A stretch of 63,149 bases of DNA from contig CALBKX010000005.1 in NCBI GenBank assembly GCA_937895935.1, positions 1 to 63,149 on the forward strand. Reading direction: 5' to 3'. A model generated the notes under the pieces. The model was given only the letters and a program-made list of their open reading frames with translations. It ran no database searches and was not told the origin of the DNA. This document shows, piece after piece, positions 43,726-58,700 of this stretch. The position numbers and the translations under genes are program-made. The stretch comes from an uncultured Clostridia bacterium (lineage in GTDB: Bacteria; Bacillota; Clostridia; Christensenellales; UBA1242). The stretch's first letter is position 1, and each line of letters starts with the position of its first letter.

Positions 43726-46700
43726 TTATTGTTTCTTTGTTGGTGGTCGTTTTTTTGCTGGTTTTATATTTTCGCTAGGCTTTTCAATATTTATCTTTTC
43801 AATTTCATCTTCATTTAACTCTTTTCCTTCTGGGACTTGAGTTAATGTATCAATGGATATTTTTTTAGATAATTTTTGTATTTTCTTTTTCTTTTTAACT
43901 ACGATAATCACAACTACAGCAATCAACGCAATTACAAACAAAGCACAACTTGAAACTATAAGAATTATAGGAAGTTTAGAAATTTTAAATATTAATTCTG
44001 CTTCATCAGTTATATAACCAAACACGCCATAAAGTTTTGTTTCCCAAGATAGTACTTCATAAGTTACATCAGGTTCCAAAGTCACGCCGGTTATTGTGTG
44101 ATCGTTTAATATAAATGTTCCATTAAATGGGAATTGTTTTGTTCCAATTGGAATCCAGAATCTTTCCTCCATATTTAAATCTGCCATCAACATAAAGTAT
44201 AAATGTGTACTATATTGATCCAATTCTCCACTATTTAAAACTTTTTGCATATATGCTAATTGTCTTTCATTTAAAATCAAATAAGGATTGTTTTCTGTCC
44301 CCTCGCCAATGAATTCTTCGACGATGTCAGTCCATAACAATTTTTCAAAAACAAATTGAACAATGTTGTTGGTGTTTTCATATAAAGTGAATGATATGTT
44401 TTGATTTAAAATAATTTCAAAATTAAGTTTATCAGCATCTTCAAACGCTTTTATCTCTACACCATTAATCAAAATATGCGATAATATATATCTCAAATTT
44501 TCAGTTGTTGATATAGACATTTTCATATTGTAATTGAATGTTAATGTTAAATCTTTTGCATTAACTTCATTCACAGTAATTACTCCAGCATCATCATAAT
44601 TTGTTTTATATTCAAATACATAATCTTTCGTTCCTGTTATAGGTTTTATTATCAATAAACTATTTTCGACATCATCGGAAGTTATAATATGATAATAGAA
44701 AGTTTTGTCATCACTTAAAGTAAATACATCTCCAACATCATTGATAGTAAGCGTAACAATTTTATATCCTTGAGCAATGTTATCCACATAAATTATTAGC
44801 ATTTCACCTAAATTTAAAGTGGTTTTGTTTGCTCTAAGAGTTGCAATTTCATTATTTTGTAATTCGACTATTGCATTTTTAACTTTAAATACTGCAGTGT
44901 ATGTGCAAGGCCCGATTGCAGTCGTTTTGCAATTTTGTGTTAAAGACGTATCAATAATTCCATTTACTTTCCAATGGTCAAATTCATAACCATAACCCGG
45001 AATTGCTTTTAAATCAATCAATTCACCTACAATAGCGCGTGCCACTGTAGCCTCATTTACTAATGCTCTGTTTTTATCTTTTATAGGTTCTTCAATTTCC
45101 ACTTTAATTTCAAACGAGTAATATAACACAACTGTTATTTCATGATCTGGCATAGTAAATTTACTTTCACCTTTTGTGATTGCATCAGAACTATCTTTAA
45201 TTTTCCAACCATAAAATTGGAAACCATTAAATTCTGGTGCGTTTATATAAACAGGTGTATCAACCGCAAAAAGTACATATTTGCACTCATTATTCTCATA
45301 AACTGGATATGTGCCAGCAGTACTTATAAATATATTATATATATTCCCAGAATATACACAAGTATCTGGAGCGAACTCAACATTTACTTTATATTTATCA
45401 TAATTCCAAGCACCATACAAGTTGACCTCAATTGCACCCAAAGTTGAGGTATTGGATAAATCATAAATAAATCCATAAACTTTTTCGCCGTCAATCAGTC
45501 TAAATATTTTTCCGTCAGAGTCAAAGTAGTAATCATATAAACCAATTCCTGTAATGCTATTATTCCAACATCTAAATGAATAAGGCCCATTAATTACGCT
45601 TTTTGGATTAATAATGGTTTCAGGAAGAGTAACTATTTCTCCATTTTGTGACTTAAAGTCAGTAGAACCATATTCTACATAATATTCATAAACATTGCTA
45701 TCTGGGAAAGACTCACCAATATAGTTAAAATTAAATTTGACTTTAAAACGAGAGATGGCTAGTTCCATATTGCAAGTTACATCTTTGTAAATATTTTCCA
45801 TTTTTGCAATATTGTTTTCAAACACAAAGATAGGATTAGTAGTGCTATTTCCGCTATATGAGTAAGTTATGTTTTTAAGCATATAGCCATCGTTATATTT
45901 AAACTCTAATTCAACTGCTCCACCATACTCAACAACAAAACTATCATTACTAGTTGAAACTAAAAATTTGCTATTAAATTCACGTACATTTATTTTTGAA
46001 ATTGCTTCACTTATGTTTTGATTTATTTTTATTTTATAGGTTTTCACTTTAAGTTCAACTACGCAAGAAAATAGTTCTCCTGTTTCATCTTGAGTATTTG
46101 GAGTTAATTTATCAACTAAAACTTTATTTCCAGTAAGTAACGCAGACGAAACAGATTTTATTTCAAACCACTCAGGTAAATTTATACTAAATGTTAAACT
46201 GTCGTTTACAATCAAGTTTTGAATTTTGTATGTGATTTCCTGTCCGTTGGAGTAACTTTCTGTTGCATTTAATGATCCATCATAAGTTATTAAACTTTGT
46301 AAGTTAGATACAAATAGCTCTTCTCGTTTTGTGTTGGTTATTATAATTATTCTAGCATTGATCTCTTCACCTTTGAATTTTGCAATATAGGTCGCAGAAG
46401 TATCAACATTTTTTAATTTTAATTGTAATTCTTTAGAAGCAGGTGTTTCTGCAAGTTCTCCAGTTTCGAGTTTTTTAAACCAACCTTCAAACTTTGTAAA
46501 ATCATTATTGACTAAAGCAGTTGCACCTTTAGAATCACGTCCAAAATAAACGTTTTCTGTGAAAGATGTTGCTCCATTTCCCGTTGAATCTAAAACAGTT
46601 CCGCCATTCATTGATTCAAATTTAAGCGACAATAATTCTCTCTCTAAAACTAGGCAAATTGTTATATCTTTTTCAACAGAAACAGTTATGTCTTCTCCAA

Positions 46701-49700
46701 ATGAAATAATTTGTCCTAGCGTTTCATTTTGCTCTAAACAACTCCATTTTTGGATTTTAAAGCCTTTTGTCAAATCGCTTATTGTTATGTTAATTTGTGA
46801 TTTATATTCAAATTCTAAAGATGTGTCAAAAGTAGATTTGCTTCCATTTAAAACCAAATTTGCACTTGCATTTAAGTTTTCAAAAGTGACACTATTTGTT
46901 GTTTCATCAAATTCAGCAAGTTTGATACATACATTGTAATTTAACTTTTCTGTTTTGACTAAAATTGTTCCATTTGAAGTAAAGTTTTCAAATTTGATTA
47001 TATTTTCATTTACAGAAATTGTACCACTATTGGTTGAACCATTTGGTGTAAATGTAGCATCAACATATTTGTAGCCATAATCTAATGTATATTCAAATGA
47101 AATAACTTCTTCAACATAAACTTTTTTAGTGAAGTTTGCAGTATAAAGTATGTTATCAAGTTTAATTTCAATGTTTTCAAATTCAAAAGAAATTTCCACT
47201 TGTTTTGGTACAAATTCAAATTGTATTTCAAAATTATCAACAAATCCTGAAACTGTGTACTTTCCATTTTCAAGCGTCACTGAAATTTTATCATTATTAC
47301 TTCCAACAATTGTGTATTTATCAAGTTGATAGCCTTCATTTTCAACAATTTCAAATGTAAAGGTTTGTCCTGTTAAAGCTGTAAATTCTAATTCCCTACT
47401 TAAAGAAGTTGACAAATTGTCCTTTGTTACATTACCACGAGAAGTATTATTTGTCACCAATTTAATAGTGTTGTTGTTTGGAGAGATTGTAACTTTAAGT
47501 GTAACATCGCTCGTAAACCCATCAATTGTGTGAGTGTAAGAGTTTTGACTTATATCAGCCCCGCCAACTTTTGTAATAGAGTAACCTAAGTTTGCAGTTA
47601 TAATCACATCTACTTTCATTGATGTTGAAACGCTATAAAATTCACCTTGTTCATCAGTTTGTTTTTGTATTTCTTTCACATATTCATTATTAATGTAAGA
47701 TTTCACAAAAATTATAGCATTTTCATTGATATTTAACCTTAATTTATATGTATTATCAACATATATAGCAGTAAGTTCAACATTTTCAGTAAAGTTGAAT
47801 GGATTAGTCAAATTTATTTCAGTAGAATTTAAAGCATAGCATTTTAATGTGTAATAGGTTTTAGTTGCTTGTGGAACGTTAGTTAATATTTCATCATACG
47901 CAACCTTTTTTTGAACTTTTGAATTATCAGAAGAATCAACTACTTTCCAACCTGCATTTTGTTGATATTCAGTTAAACTAAAACTTCCATTTTCACCTGC
48001 ATTTAATGTTAAAGTATATTCATTTGCTTCAAAAACTGCTGTAAATGTTTCGTCTTTTTCAAGAGTGAGAGTTTTTAATTGTTCAAGAGTTTTTGTAATT
48101 TCACCATTTTTGTAACCTGTCAAACTATATCCTATTTTTGCAACATTTAATAGTTCTACAACGTTTGAAGAAAACTCTTGTAAGGTTTGACCATAATAAA
48201 TTTTTGCTACTGCTGATTTGTTTCCATTTGAATATTCAAAACCATTTGAAGACAAATTAGTAAATGCCACATCTGACTCAAAAGTCACAGTGTATTTATT
48301 TAAGTCATAATACAAAGAAATTGTCTTATTTTTATTTACTATTTCATTTGAGAGTGTTAACAAAGAACCTTCATTGTTAACCTTGTAACCTATATATGTA
48401 TAATGGTCTTTGTCAACAGAATAATCTGACAATGTAATTTGTTCAGCATAGTTTTTAAGTATTATTGTTGTGAAGTTTGCATCTTTTTTATATCCTGGAA
48501 TTTTATAATCATAGATATATCTTTCCACTGTAACTTCAAACTGATTTATTTTCCACACTGCATACACATTGACTGTAGCACTAAAAGTTGTAAATATTTC
48601 ATTTAATGGTTTTGTAAAATCAATAGCAGTTGTGTCATCAGCATTTAAAGACCAGCCAACAAACGTGTATCCATTTTCGCTGTGACTTGCAGTTGGAATA
48701 TCGTTTGCTACTGAGTAATAGTTGTAACTGTCAGTAATTTTGCCAGCAACAATATTTCCTGCGACTATTTTTTCTTTATTATAGTTATAAACAATGGTTA
48801 TATTTTTAGGCAAAATATTTCCGCTTGCTTTAACAGTATAATTTCCGTTGTCTGCTCCAGCTAAAACAACTTCAATTTTTATATCGTTACCTGCTGTAGC
48901 TGTAGTATAATTTGCACTTGTAATTTTTACCACGTCACCAGAAAGTACGCCATTTAAACTTAAGCGTTCGCCATCACCAACCAATACATCTGTTGTGCCA
49001 TCTTGTTCTTTTGAGATGGTTTTTTCTTTCCCTTCATTTGATAGAAGAATTAAAGCAATCTCTTTTTGAAGAATGGTGATTTTTTCAGTTTTTTCGCCTG
49101 TTATGTTAACATTTCCACTATTTAATGCTTCATAAGTTACATCATATTCCCCACAAATTAAGAATTTAGCAGTGCTTACTTTAGAAGAAGTAGTTTTAAT
49201 TTTAACACCAATGTACTTGCTTAAATTTGGCAATGTTTCACTAGAAATATCTGTAATGTTTATAAAATCAGTTAAGTCAGCAACAAAAGTACCGTCTATT
49301 TCCTCCGCCTTAATTTCACCATATGTAAATGAAGTTTTTGTAAAACCAACGCTTATTTCACGTTTTAAAATTTTACCTTGAGCACCTATATTATCAGCCA
49401 AAACAACAGTGTAATTATTTAAATCACTAACACTTATTAAAATGTCTTGTATGCCTACGTTGTAATCACCATATAAAAGAGTGACTGTTGGAAGTGAAGT
49501 ATCAAAAGAATCTGAGAGATCGTTTGCATCAGGCTCAGCTCTTAAAGTAAATGATTTATCAAAATTGGTTGTTCCGTCAAAATACTTGTTGTAATCATTG
49601 CTATCAGATAAAGTTAAATTAATTGTGCGTTTTAATATGCTTAATGTAAGTGTTGTTGATATTGTAATATTTTTATAAGCACTTGTTACTGCGTCTTCCC

Positions 49701-52700
49701 TTAGGGTATATCCATCTGCCACATCGCCAGAGTTAAAAGTGACAGTTCCTCCTAAAGCAATATACTCAATTTCTTCTACTAATAAAGTTTTATCTCCAAC
49801 TTTGCAAGTAAAGTTAAATTCACTTAAATCAAACACTCCAATGTTGTTTCTGCCATAGTATCTTTTTAACTCGCCTTTTTTGTAATTTGTAAGAGTAATT
49901 TCCAATGTTTTATTTTCATTTGCTGTGATTTTTAGTTTATTTTTCAAAGCATCATCAGTTGCAGTAATTTTAAAGTTTCCATTGTCACAATATTTAACCT
50001 TTATGTTATGGAAGCCAAGATTATTGTTAGCATCAGCATTTTCAAATGTAACAATAATGTGAATATTTTTCTCGCCTGCAAATTGAATATCATAACCAAA
50101 AGTTAAGGCTTTTGTAGCAATTTCACTTTCATCAACTTCAAAAACTCCAACAGCATTGTCTTGATTAATTTCAAAAACAAATTGTGTAATTTCAAAAGAA
50201 ATTGAAGATGTTTTAGCAAGTTTATAATTGTTTTCATTGTAACTTACAGTTGCCAAATACGAGCCAACATTTTTTGGCGCAGTTTCAGAATTGTATTGTT
50301 GTTCACTTACAACACCATTTACTAAAGTTGACTTATCCGTGCCAGTGTATTGAATTAAAATTGATTTTTTAATTTCTTCAATTTCTGCTTCTGTTAAAAC
50401 GTTGTTTGAGTCAATTCCCTCTATTTTAAATGAAACTGGTTTTTCTTTAGTGTCGTAAGTTAAATAACTGTTATTGGTCAATGTAACTTTAAACTGTCTT
50501 GGGATAATTGTTATTGTTCCAGTGCATACAAATTGATAATTTTCTGTAACAAACTTACCCGCATTGTTTTTCACTACAAAATTAACAGTTGAAATATTTG
50601 CTACATCTATATTAGTTCCAACACTTGCGTATTTGAAAGTTATGGTTTTAGATTCTTGTTCAATTACATCACCATTTGCCAACGTTAAACTATCATTAAA
50701 TGCGTAAGTGTATTCATAAAGATTGCTATAAACAAATTCAGTACTTAAAGGAATTTGAACTTCAATCACTTTAGCTTTAATTTCACCGCCAGAAATTGGA
50801 ACATTCAATTCATAGTTACCATTCTCTGTGCCGTATAGTGTAAACGATATTTGATATATTCCTTTTGTTACACCACCATAGGTTGCCTTGGCATACACAT
50901 CATCGCCTGAAACAAAGTCAGCGCTTGTTAACTCAGTGTCCACGCTCGCATTGAAAACTTTGTTTGTTCCATCATATTCCTTATCTCTTTCAAAAATAAT
51001 TGATGTGACTTTTTTTGCAAGAACTTTTACTGTAACTTTTGCCTTTATATTGTTTGTTTTATCAATGTAAGCAAAAATCTCATATCCAGTGTTAGATACA
51101 AAAGTTATTTTATCGCTTGAATTTACTTTTTCTTTTTCTAGTTCGTCTTCTCCGTCAAAAACCTTAATTTTGTCAAATAAATCAACATCTTTTCCTTCAT
51201 AAGTTGGGTTTTCAACTCTAATTGAGGTCATATCAACTATGATTGTTAAATCACCAGTTATTGTAAATGTATAGTTTTTTGACAATGTGTCAGGTATTGT
51301 CACTTCTAAACCGCTTTCGCCATATGTGTACTTTTCATTTGCTTCAATTGAAGTGCCGGTTACTGTAACACTTATATTTAAAGCATTTAAATCGTCTGCA
51401 AATACATCAAAAATTTGACTATTTGAAATGAAATATTTTTTGTTGTTTTTAATGTATTCTTGATAAGAAATGCTTGCGTTTTTAAAATTAATTGAGGCCA
51501 CTTTTTGAGCAATATTTATTACATTTTTTGAACTTTCAATTGTAAATGTAAAATTATTGCTACTAAGGCTTGCATTTTTAATTTCAAAAGTATATTTGCC
51601 TGCATTTTTAATTTCAGTTGAAAGGAGTCCGTCACATTTGATGGTGAATATACTTAAGAAGTTATTTTTTAAAACATCTTTAACTTCCGCATCAAATGTG
51701 CTTTCTGAAACACTTAAATCACCAATGACGTTTTGCAAAATGTCACTTGCAATATATTCATAACCGCCGTCATTAAATGTTAATGTGATTTCTTTTTTTG
51801 TTACTTCCACAAAAGCAGAATCGTCAATTATTAACTCATAATTGCTTGAAACATCTTGGTTTGAAGAATCTAAGACAATCAAATTGTTTTGCTCTATATT
51901 TGTTTTTACATTATACGAGCCAACATTTTTTACTTTAATTGTAACACTTCCAGAAAGAGTATGCCCAGATAGGAGTGTGTTACAAGTAAATTCACTTGCC
52001 AAAATTTCAGTGGTGGTTTCTCCTGCATATATTACAGATTTGCCACTACTTAAGGTCAAATTAACTTGTTTTGCTTGAATTGTTCCATTAATAAATTTTT
52101 CAATATAGTTGCCACGAGACGCACCAGTTAAATCAATGCTTGTAATTTTTGCGCCTTTGTTGGCATTTTCATATTTTACCGTTATTGTAACATCATCGTT
52201 AGGACATATATCACTAGATAAAACAATTAATTTATTCTCGCCGTCATAAACCTTATTGCCTGTAAAACTCTCACCGTTATATGTGTAAGTTGAGATTTCC
52301 TTTTTCTTTATTTCAAAAGTCACCCATCTTAATTCGTCTGCACTTAAGCCGTAAATTTTTGCGTCTAAATTAATACGTGCATAATAAGTTCTTGCATCTT
52401 TGACTTCAGTAAGAGGGGTAGCGTGTTCGTCTTCGATATCATAAATGTTTGTGGCACTTGTATCTTTAGTTTCGTAAGTTCCGTTTGCTTTGCCTATTCT
52501 TACTTCAAACTTAATGTCATTTATTTGATCCTCGCCATTGTAAGTGTAAGTGCCTTTTGGAACAATATAAATTTCACCTTCACCCAATGTGTCTTCAATT
52601 GTTAACTTCAACTCATAACTTAAAACATAATTGCTTGTAACGTCATCTGTACCGCTGAAAATTTTAATATCCTCGCCTAAAGTTATTGTGTTGTTTTGAC

Positions 52701-55700
52701 TTGCGTTTGAATATGTATAAACACCAACATTTTTTCCATTCGTTTCAATTGTTCCGCTTAAAGAGTGACCTGAAATCAAATCATATGTGCTTGAAGTGGA
52801 TGATTGAACATCACTGTTTTTTAAGTAGTAAGTAAAGCTTGTTTCTGTTGCCAAATTGTTTACATAAATGCTTTCGTCCACTTTTATAACAATTTGGCGT
52901 TTGGTTATGATTAGTTTTTGTGAAACAGTTACACCAGATTGCAACTCATAATTGTTTGCATAAGAATCATTCACTTTAGGTGAAATTTGGTAATCGCCAG
53001 CATTAATTGCTTCTAGTAAGCCATTGCCATAAGTTGCACTTAAAATTAACCCTTCATCGCCCGATTTAATTTTTCCTTTATCTCCTGAAATTGTAGCCAC
53101 AAGTTTTACTTGTTTGCCAAGTCCGTCATAAACATATTCATTATCAGAGCACGATAAAATAGTTACTACTGCTTTTGCTATTGTTATTTGCTCAGCAAAT
53201 GTAATATTGTAGCGATCTATGCTGCTATTATTTCCACTTACTGTCAAACTATCTAATTTTGGTGAGAATTGATTGTTTTTTTCAAAAGTATAAGTTCCAG
53301 CATTTATAATTCCATCAAAACTAATAGTGCCAACAAAACTTTCACCTACAAGCCCGCCTGTAACACCAAATTCTATTACATTAATTTTTAATGCTTCACC
53401 ATTATAGTAATAAGTATTTTGTAAATTTGCTGTAAACGTAACATCTCTTTTGTCTATGGTTCCTATAATTATGTCGCCTGACAACTTGTATGAGTTAAAC
53501 ACTTTTTCAGCAACATAGTCGTCAGAAACTTTGCTAAGTGCAAAATTGATGTATGCTTCGCCAAATATACCTGAATACTCTGCACTAATTTTTAAATATC
53601 TTTCATCACCACTACATATATCACTAGATGTAAAGTTTTTGTTTTTTTCATCAGTGTAAGTAATTGCTGTTGTTCCGTCATATTGTTTATTTCTGTTTAA
53701 ACCTTGTATGCTTGATTTTTCGATTGTTTTTGGAACAATCTCAAAAATTCCAGTTGTTATTGTATTAAAGTTTAAGCTATAGATTTCTGCTTGATATTTA
53801 CTAGCATATTTAAAATCCATTTCCTTTTGGGTATCAGAAACTTTGTTTCCGCTTGCATCTATAAAGTAAAGTTTTATAAAGCCTTGTATTTCCGGTTGCG
53901 TGGTTAAATATTCTTTTATTTGCTCATCTGTGCTATAAGAATTATCTAAAGCAGATTTATATTCCAATTGAATTTGTTCATTTGTAGTTCCTTTATTTAA
54001 AGTCACTTTAACATTAAATTTTTGTGAAGAGCCGTTGTATGTAAACGATTTTTCTACTATTTCTGCTTCGCCAGTAGCCAAAGTAATTGTGAGTGTACCG
54101 CTTAGCGTTATGGCATAATTGCTAGTGACATTACTGCCGCTTTTATCCAAAATTTGCAGTTTATTTGCATTGTTATCTCCTGAAATAATAGTGCTACCAT
54201 TTAAAACATCAACTAAGATTGAATTATTAACATCATATTTGCCATGAAGATTAAATTTGGTTTGCAGTGAGTTAACAATGTTATGCCCAGAAATTATGCC
54301 AACAGCATCTGTATTTTCTAATTTATATGTAAACTTTTGTCCATCATAAGGTTGGGATTCGTTTATGTTAATCTCAATCTGCTTTTTTGTTATTTCGAAT
54401 GGAAGTGTGCTTGTTTCAAGGCTATAGCATTCACTATTTGCCAAATCGCTATTTAGTCCAACAGTTGCAACATACGTGCTAGCGTTTTGTGCATCAGTGG
54501 AAACTTCCACATATTCATTTTCATCCAAACTATTTAATGGAATTACAATGGCTTCACCATTTGTTTCTATAGTAACTTTATATTCAAGTATTACTGTTGT
54601 CCCAGTGTAAACATATGAATTTTTTACTAGTTCCACTGTTATTTTTGCTTTGTTTAAAGTAATGCTACCACTTAAATCTGTCACATTGTAATTTTCATTG
54701 ATGTTTTTGCCGTCTTGCATTGTTAAAGAATTTAATGAATATTCACTTAAAGAAAGAGTAAATAATTTGTTTTCACCAATTGCCAAGGCTTTAGAAATTT
54801 TCAATTCGCCAGACATTGTTTCGTCTGTAAATACTTTTTCACTTGCAATTAAAGAAATTTGGGTTGCATTAACAAAATATTCGTTGTTTTTATCATAAAC
54901 TTTAGTGTCTGCAATTTTCAATGTCACATCAAGTTTTTGTACTTTCCCTTTTAATGTTGCGCTTTTTATTTCAATGTTTTTATATGAAGAATCTTTAGTG
55001 TAAGTTATTTCCTTGTTTTCGCCAACATTTTTATCATTGAACGCAAAAGTGTAGTTTGATAATATTTCATCTTTAAACAAATCGCCTGAATAACTTAAAA
55101 CTTCGCCATTTTTGTCAAAATAATTACCAATTGTTATATTATTTTTATCAAAATTCACATTGATTGTTGCATCATAAGTTTTAGAATATTCGCCGTTATT
55201 TTGTAAGGTTACATATAAAGGAGTTACTTTAAAGGTTACTTCTTTTTCATAATCTTCATAATTTGTTAATTTGATTACAACTATTACCTGTTGCTCTCCT
55301 ACATCCTTAAGTCCTGCAAATGAGGTTCCGTCTGAGTTTTTTATTTCAACTTTTTTACCTGTGGCGTCAATTGTTGGAGTAAATGTAATATCATTTGTTT
55401 TAATTGTTTGCGTTTCTCCATTATATACATACTCAGTTTTGATTGTTACTTCCGTTTCTTTTAATATTGTTTTTGTTATAGTGATTGAGCCTGATAATGT
55501 AAATTCAAAATTATTTTCAGATACACCATTTTTAAAGGTGACTGTTAATGTTAAGCCTCCATTTCCGTATGAGTACGTTCCATAATCTTTGCCTTTTGTT
55601 GTTACATAAATTTCATCAAAAGCAAAATTAGCAGAGTCTAATTTAAAATTGGTTGAAACTTTAAAACCTTCAGCATATGAAATGTTATATTGTTTTTCAT

Positions 55701-58700
55701 TGCTTAAACCTTTGTTGTCCGTTAAAGTTTTTGCTTTTGTGCTAAAATATCCACCAGTATATTCAAAACTATTTTCTTCACCCAAGGTTATTTCAATTTT
55801 GCGTTTTTCAATTTGACCTAAATTGTTTGTATCCAATTTAAAATCATAATTGTTAACTATATTGAAATCTTCCTCACTATAATCTGTTTTTTCTAAAACC
55901 GTAAGTCCGCTTGCTTTGCTTCCAGCGATTGTGTCTGCAAAAATTATTTTAATTTGCTTGCCCACAAGTTCATTATTTATGCCAACTTCATTGTTTTCGC
56001 CAAAATCACCTGCTTGGAATGCGTAAATTAAATAATTATAGCCGTCAAAAACTTTGTTTACTCCATTTGCGAAAGTAACTTCTTTTTTACTAATTGTAAC
56101 ATTAAATGTTGTTTCTGTTTCAAAAAATGTTTGTTCGGCATTTTCAACAATTGCTTTTACTGTTAATTTTGCAACATAATCACCGCTAGCATTAACATTT
56201 TTTAGTTCCAACTTGTCGAACCAGTAATCGCTGTCTGATTTTTTCCACAAAATTTCATAAGTTAAAAATGAATTGTTATTGGAAGATAGAGTCCAACTAG
56301 GAGTTGAATTTTCGCCGTCATATGTTTTTGATATGTCAGAAACATTCAAGTTTGGATTTCCAACATACTCCCATAACGCGTATAAAGTAACAGTTGTTTG
56401 TGATATATTCCACGTATCTGATGTGATTTTTGTGGCTTGGTCGTCTAAAGTTGTTGTCCAACCAATAAAATCAAAATCAGTTCTTGACAAAGTTGGGAGT
56501 TGGAAATTTTCATTAATTGAAATTTCAAGTTCCTTTTCGGTCAGCCCATCAATGTTTTCGTTTTCTGCCAAAGCATACTTTAAGATGACTTTTGATTTAT
56601 TGGTTAAAACAATGTTTACTTTGTACCACTTGTGAGTGTCATCGGTTGTTATTGTTATTTTATAGCAAGAAGAGTTAGAGTCATAAACAAACTCAACCGC
56701 ATTTTGTAGACTTGTGCCATTTTCATCAAAAATTTCAATACTGCTTATCCAATATCCAGTGAAACCTTCAAAATTTATGCCAAAAGAGTTTTTTGGATTT
56801 GAAACCCAATTATCTTTTTGTGCATATAATGTAAGTTCATTATTTTCTTTTTTTACTTTGCTTTGAGCAACATTGTCATTTTCAGTTGCAACATAATTTA
56901 AAGCAACTTGGTCATCTTCAACAGTTTGTGCCGTGAAAATAAAGCCTTTTTCATTTTCAGCAAGAGTTTTTAACTCAACCGAACCTTCAACTTTGCATAT
57001 ATAGTTGCTTGCGTTCAAAATAGTTCCATTTACATTTTGCCCTTGCTTTTTTGACACTTCAAAATCACAAACTAACAATTTTAACGTTTGATCATTAAAA
57101 CTATATGTTCCTTCGCTTACTTCACTTGTTTTAATTTTTAATGTGAAATTGATTAAATCTTTCAATTTTTCCCAAGCGTTACTGTTTTCACCTTCAAACT
57201 TTATACCAGAAACATAGTTTTTATTAATACTATCGGTAAAACTATCTGCACCTGACACGGTTAAATTTGCAATTGTAACATCTTCAGCATTTGGGTCAAC
57301 CACAATTGAAATAGAGCCGTTTAACATAACAACAATCTCTAATTGTTTAATTTCACCTGAGCCGATAGGGAAAGAATATGAACCTTTTATTTTTTCATAA
57401 ATAGCACTTTTTTGTTCGTCATTTAAATTTGTGTCTTTTTCAACACCTGCGTTTGAAACCGCATATTTAATAGTTTTGTTTGTTCCAACATTAACATCTT
57501 CATAAGTTGCAACAATGCTGTCGTCACCTTGAATGCCTGTAAGTGTTTGCAAAACTACATTTGTTCCGTCAAAAACTTTTGTGATATTGCCACCGAAAGA
57601 AAGTTGTGCTTTGTTTATTGTAATTGTATGTTCAAAAAGACTTTCACTTCCGTTTGAATCAATTTTCGCATATACATAAACAAGGTTATTATCCTTATCT
57701 AAACGGATTTTAGAATATGAATCACCCACAACAAAATTTATTGAGCCAGCACCTGTATTTTCATCAAATTTGTAAGAATAATAAAAACTAATTGTGCCAC
57801 TATCGCTAACATATTTAAAGCCCGAAACGGTCAAAGTTGACCCATTTAGTGTTGGTTTTAAGGTTAAAGATGAATTTGAATATTCAATATTGTAATCTTT
57901 CACACTTAAACCAGCAAAAGACGCAAAAGTGATTAAACTAACGCTTTGCTCGCTTCCTGTGTATGTAAGTGTTGTGCTTTCATTAACATTTGCGAATGTA
58001 CTTTCATCAATCGCCCAGTAAGCATAAAGATAAGGGTTGTCTAAATATTTTTTGTCTTTATCCGCTTTTCTTGTTATGTTTCCGTTTTCAATTTTGTATA
58101 AAGGCTCGCCACCATTCATTTCACTTGTTGCCCAATATTTAAATGTAAAACCTGCTCTTGTTGGAACTGGAGTGTCAGTAAAACTTTCAGCATTATACTC
58201 AATATCTTTTACAACATTTGTTTTGTTAGGCAAGTACGTTCCATCAAACGTAACCTTTTTTGTTATACTTTCAAAACGCACATAAACGTCATAAGATATT
58301 TTGCCACTTTCATATGAATTAAATATGTAAGACGTATCTTTGTCGTAATCTTTCCAGATATTTTCTCCGTTTGAATCCTTTTCAAAACTAACTTGTTTTA
58401 AAATATATCCAGTTTTACTTATTGCTGTAAAATTATTTTTAAAATCAATTGCCGTGCCATAAACACCATTTAAAGTTCCATAATAATAGTTATCTTCACC
58501 TTTAAAGTGGAACGTAACAGTCTTGCCCGTGTAAATAACATCCACATCAAGAATTGCATCAGTATTTACAACACTTGCCAAAATATCTGAAAGCGAGGTT
58601 CCTTCAATGTTTGTTTCCCCAATTTTAACTGCAAATGAAGAAATATCATAACCTTCAATTGAAAGATATTCTTTAATTGTAATGAAATCCCCTGAAGTCG

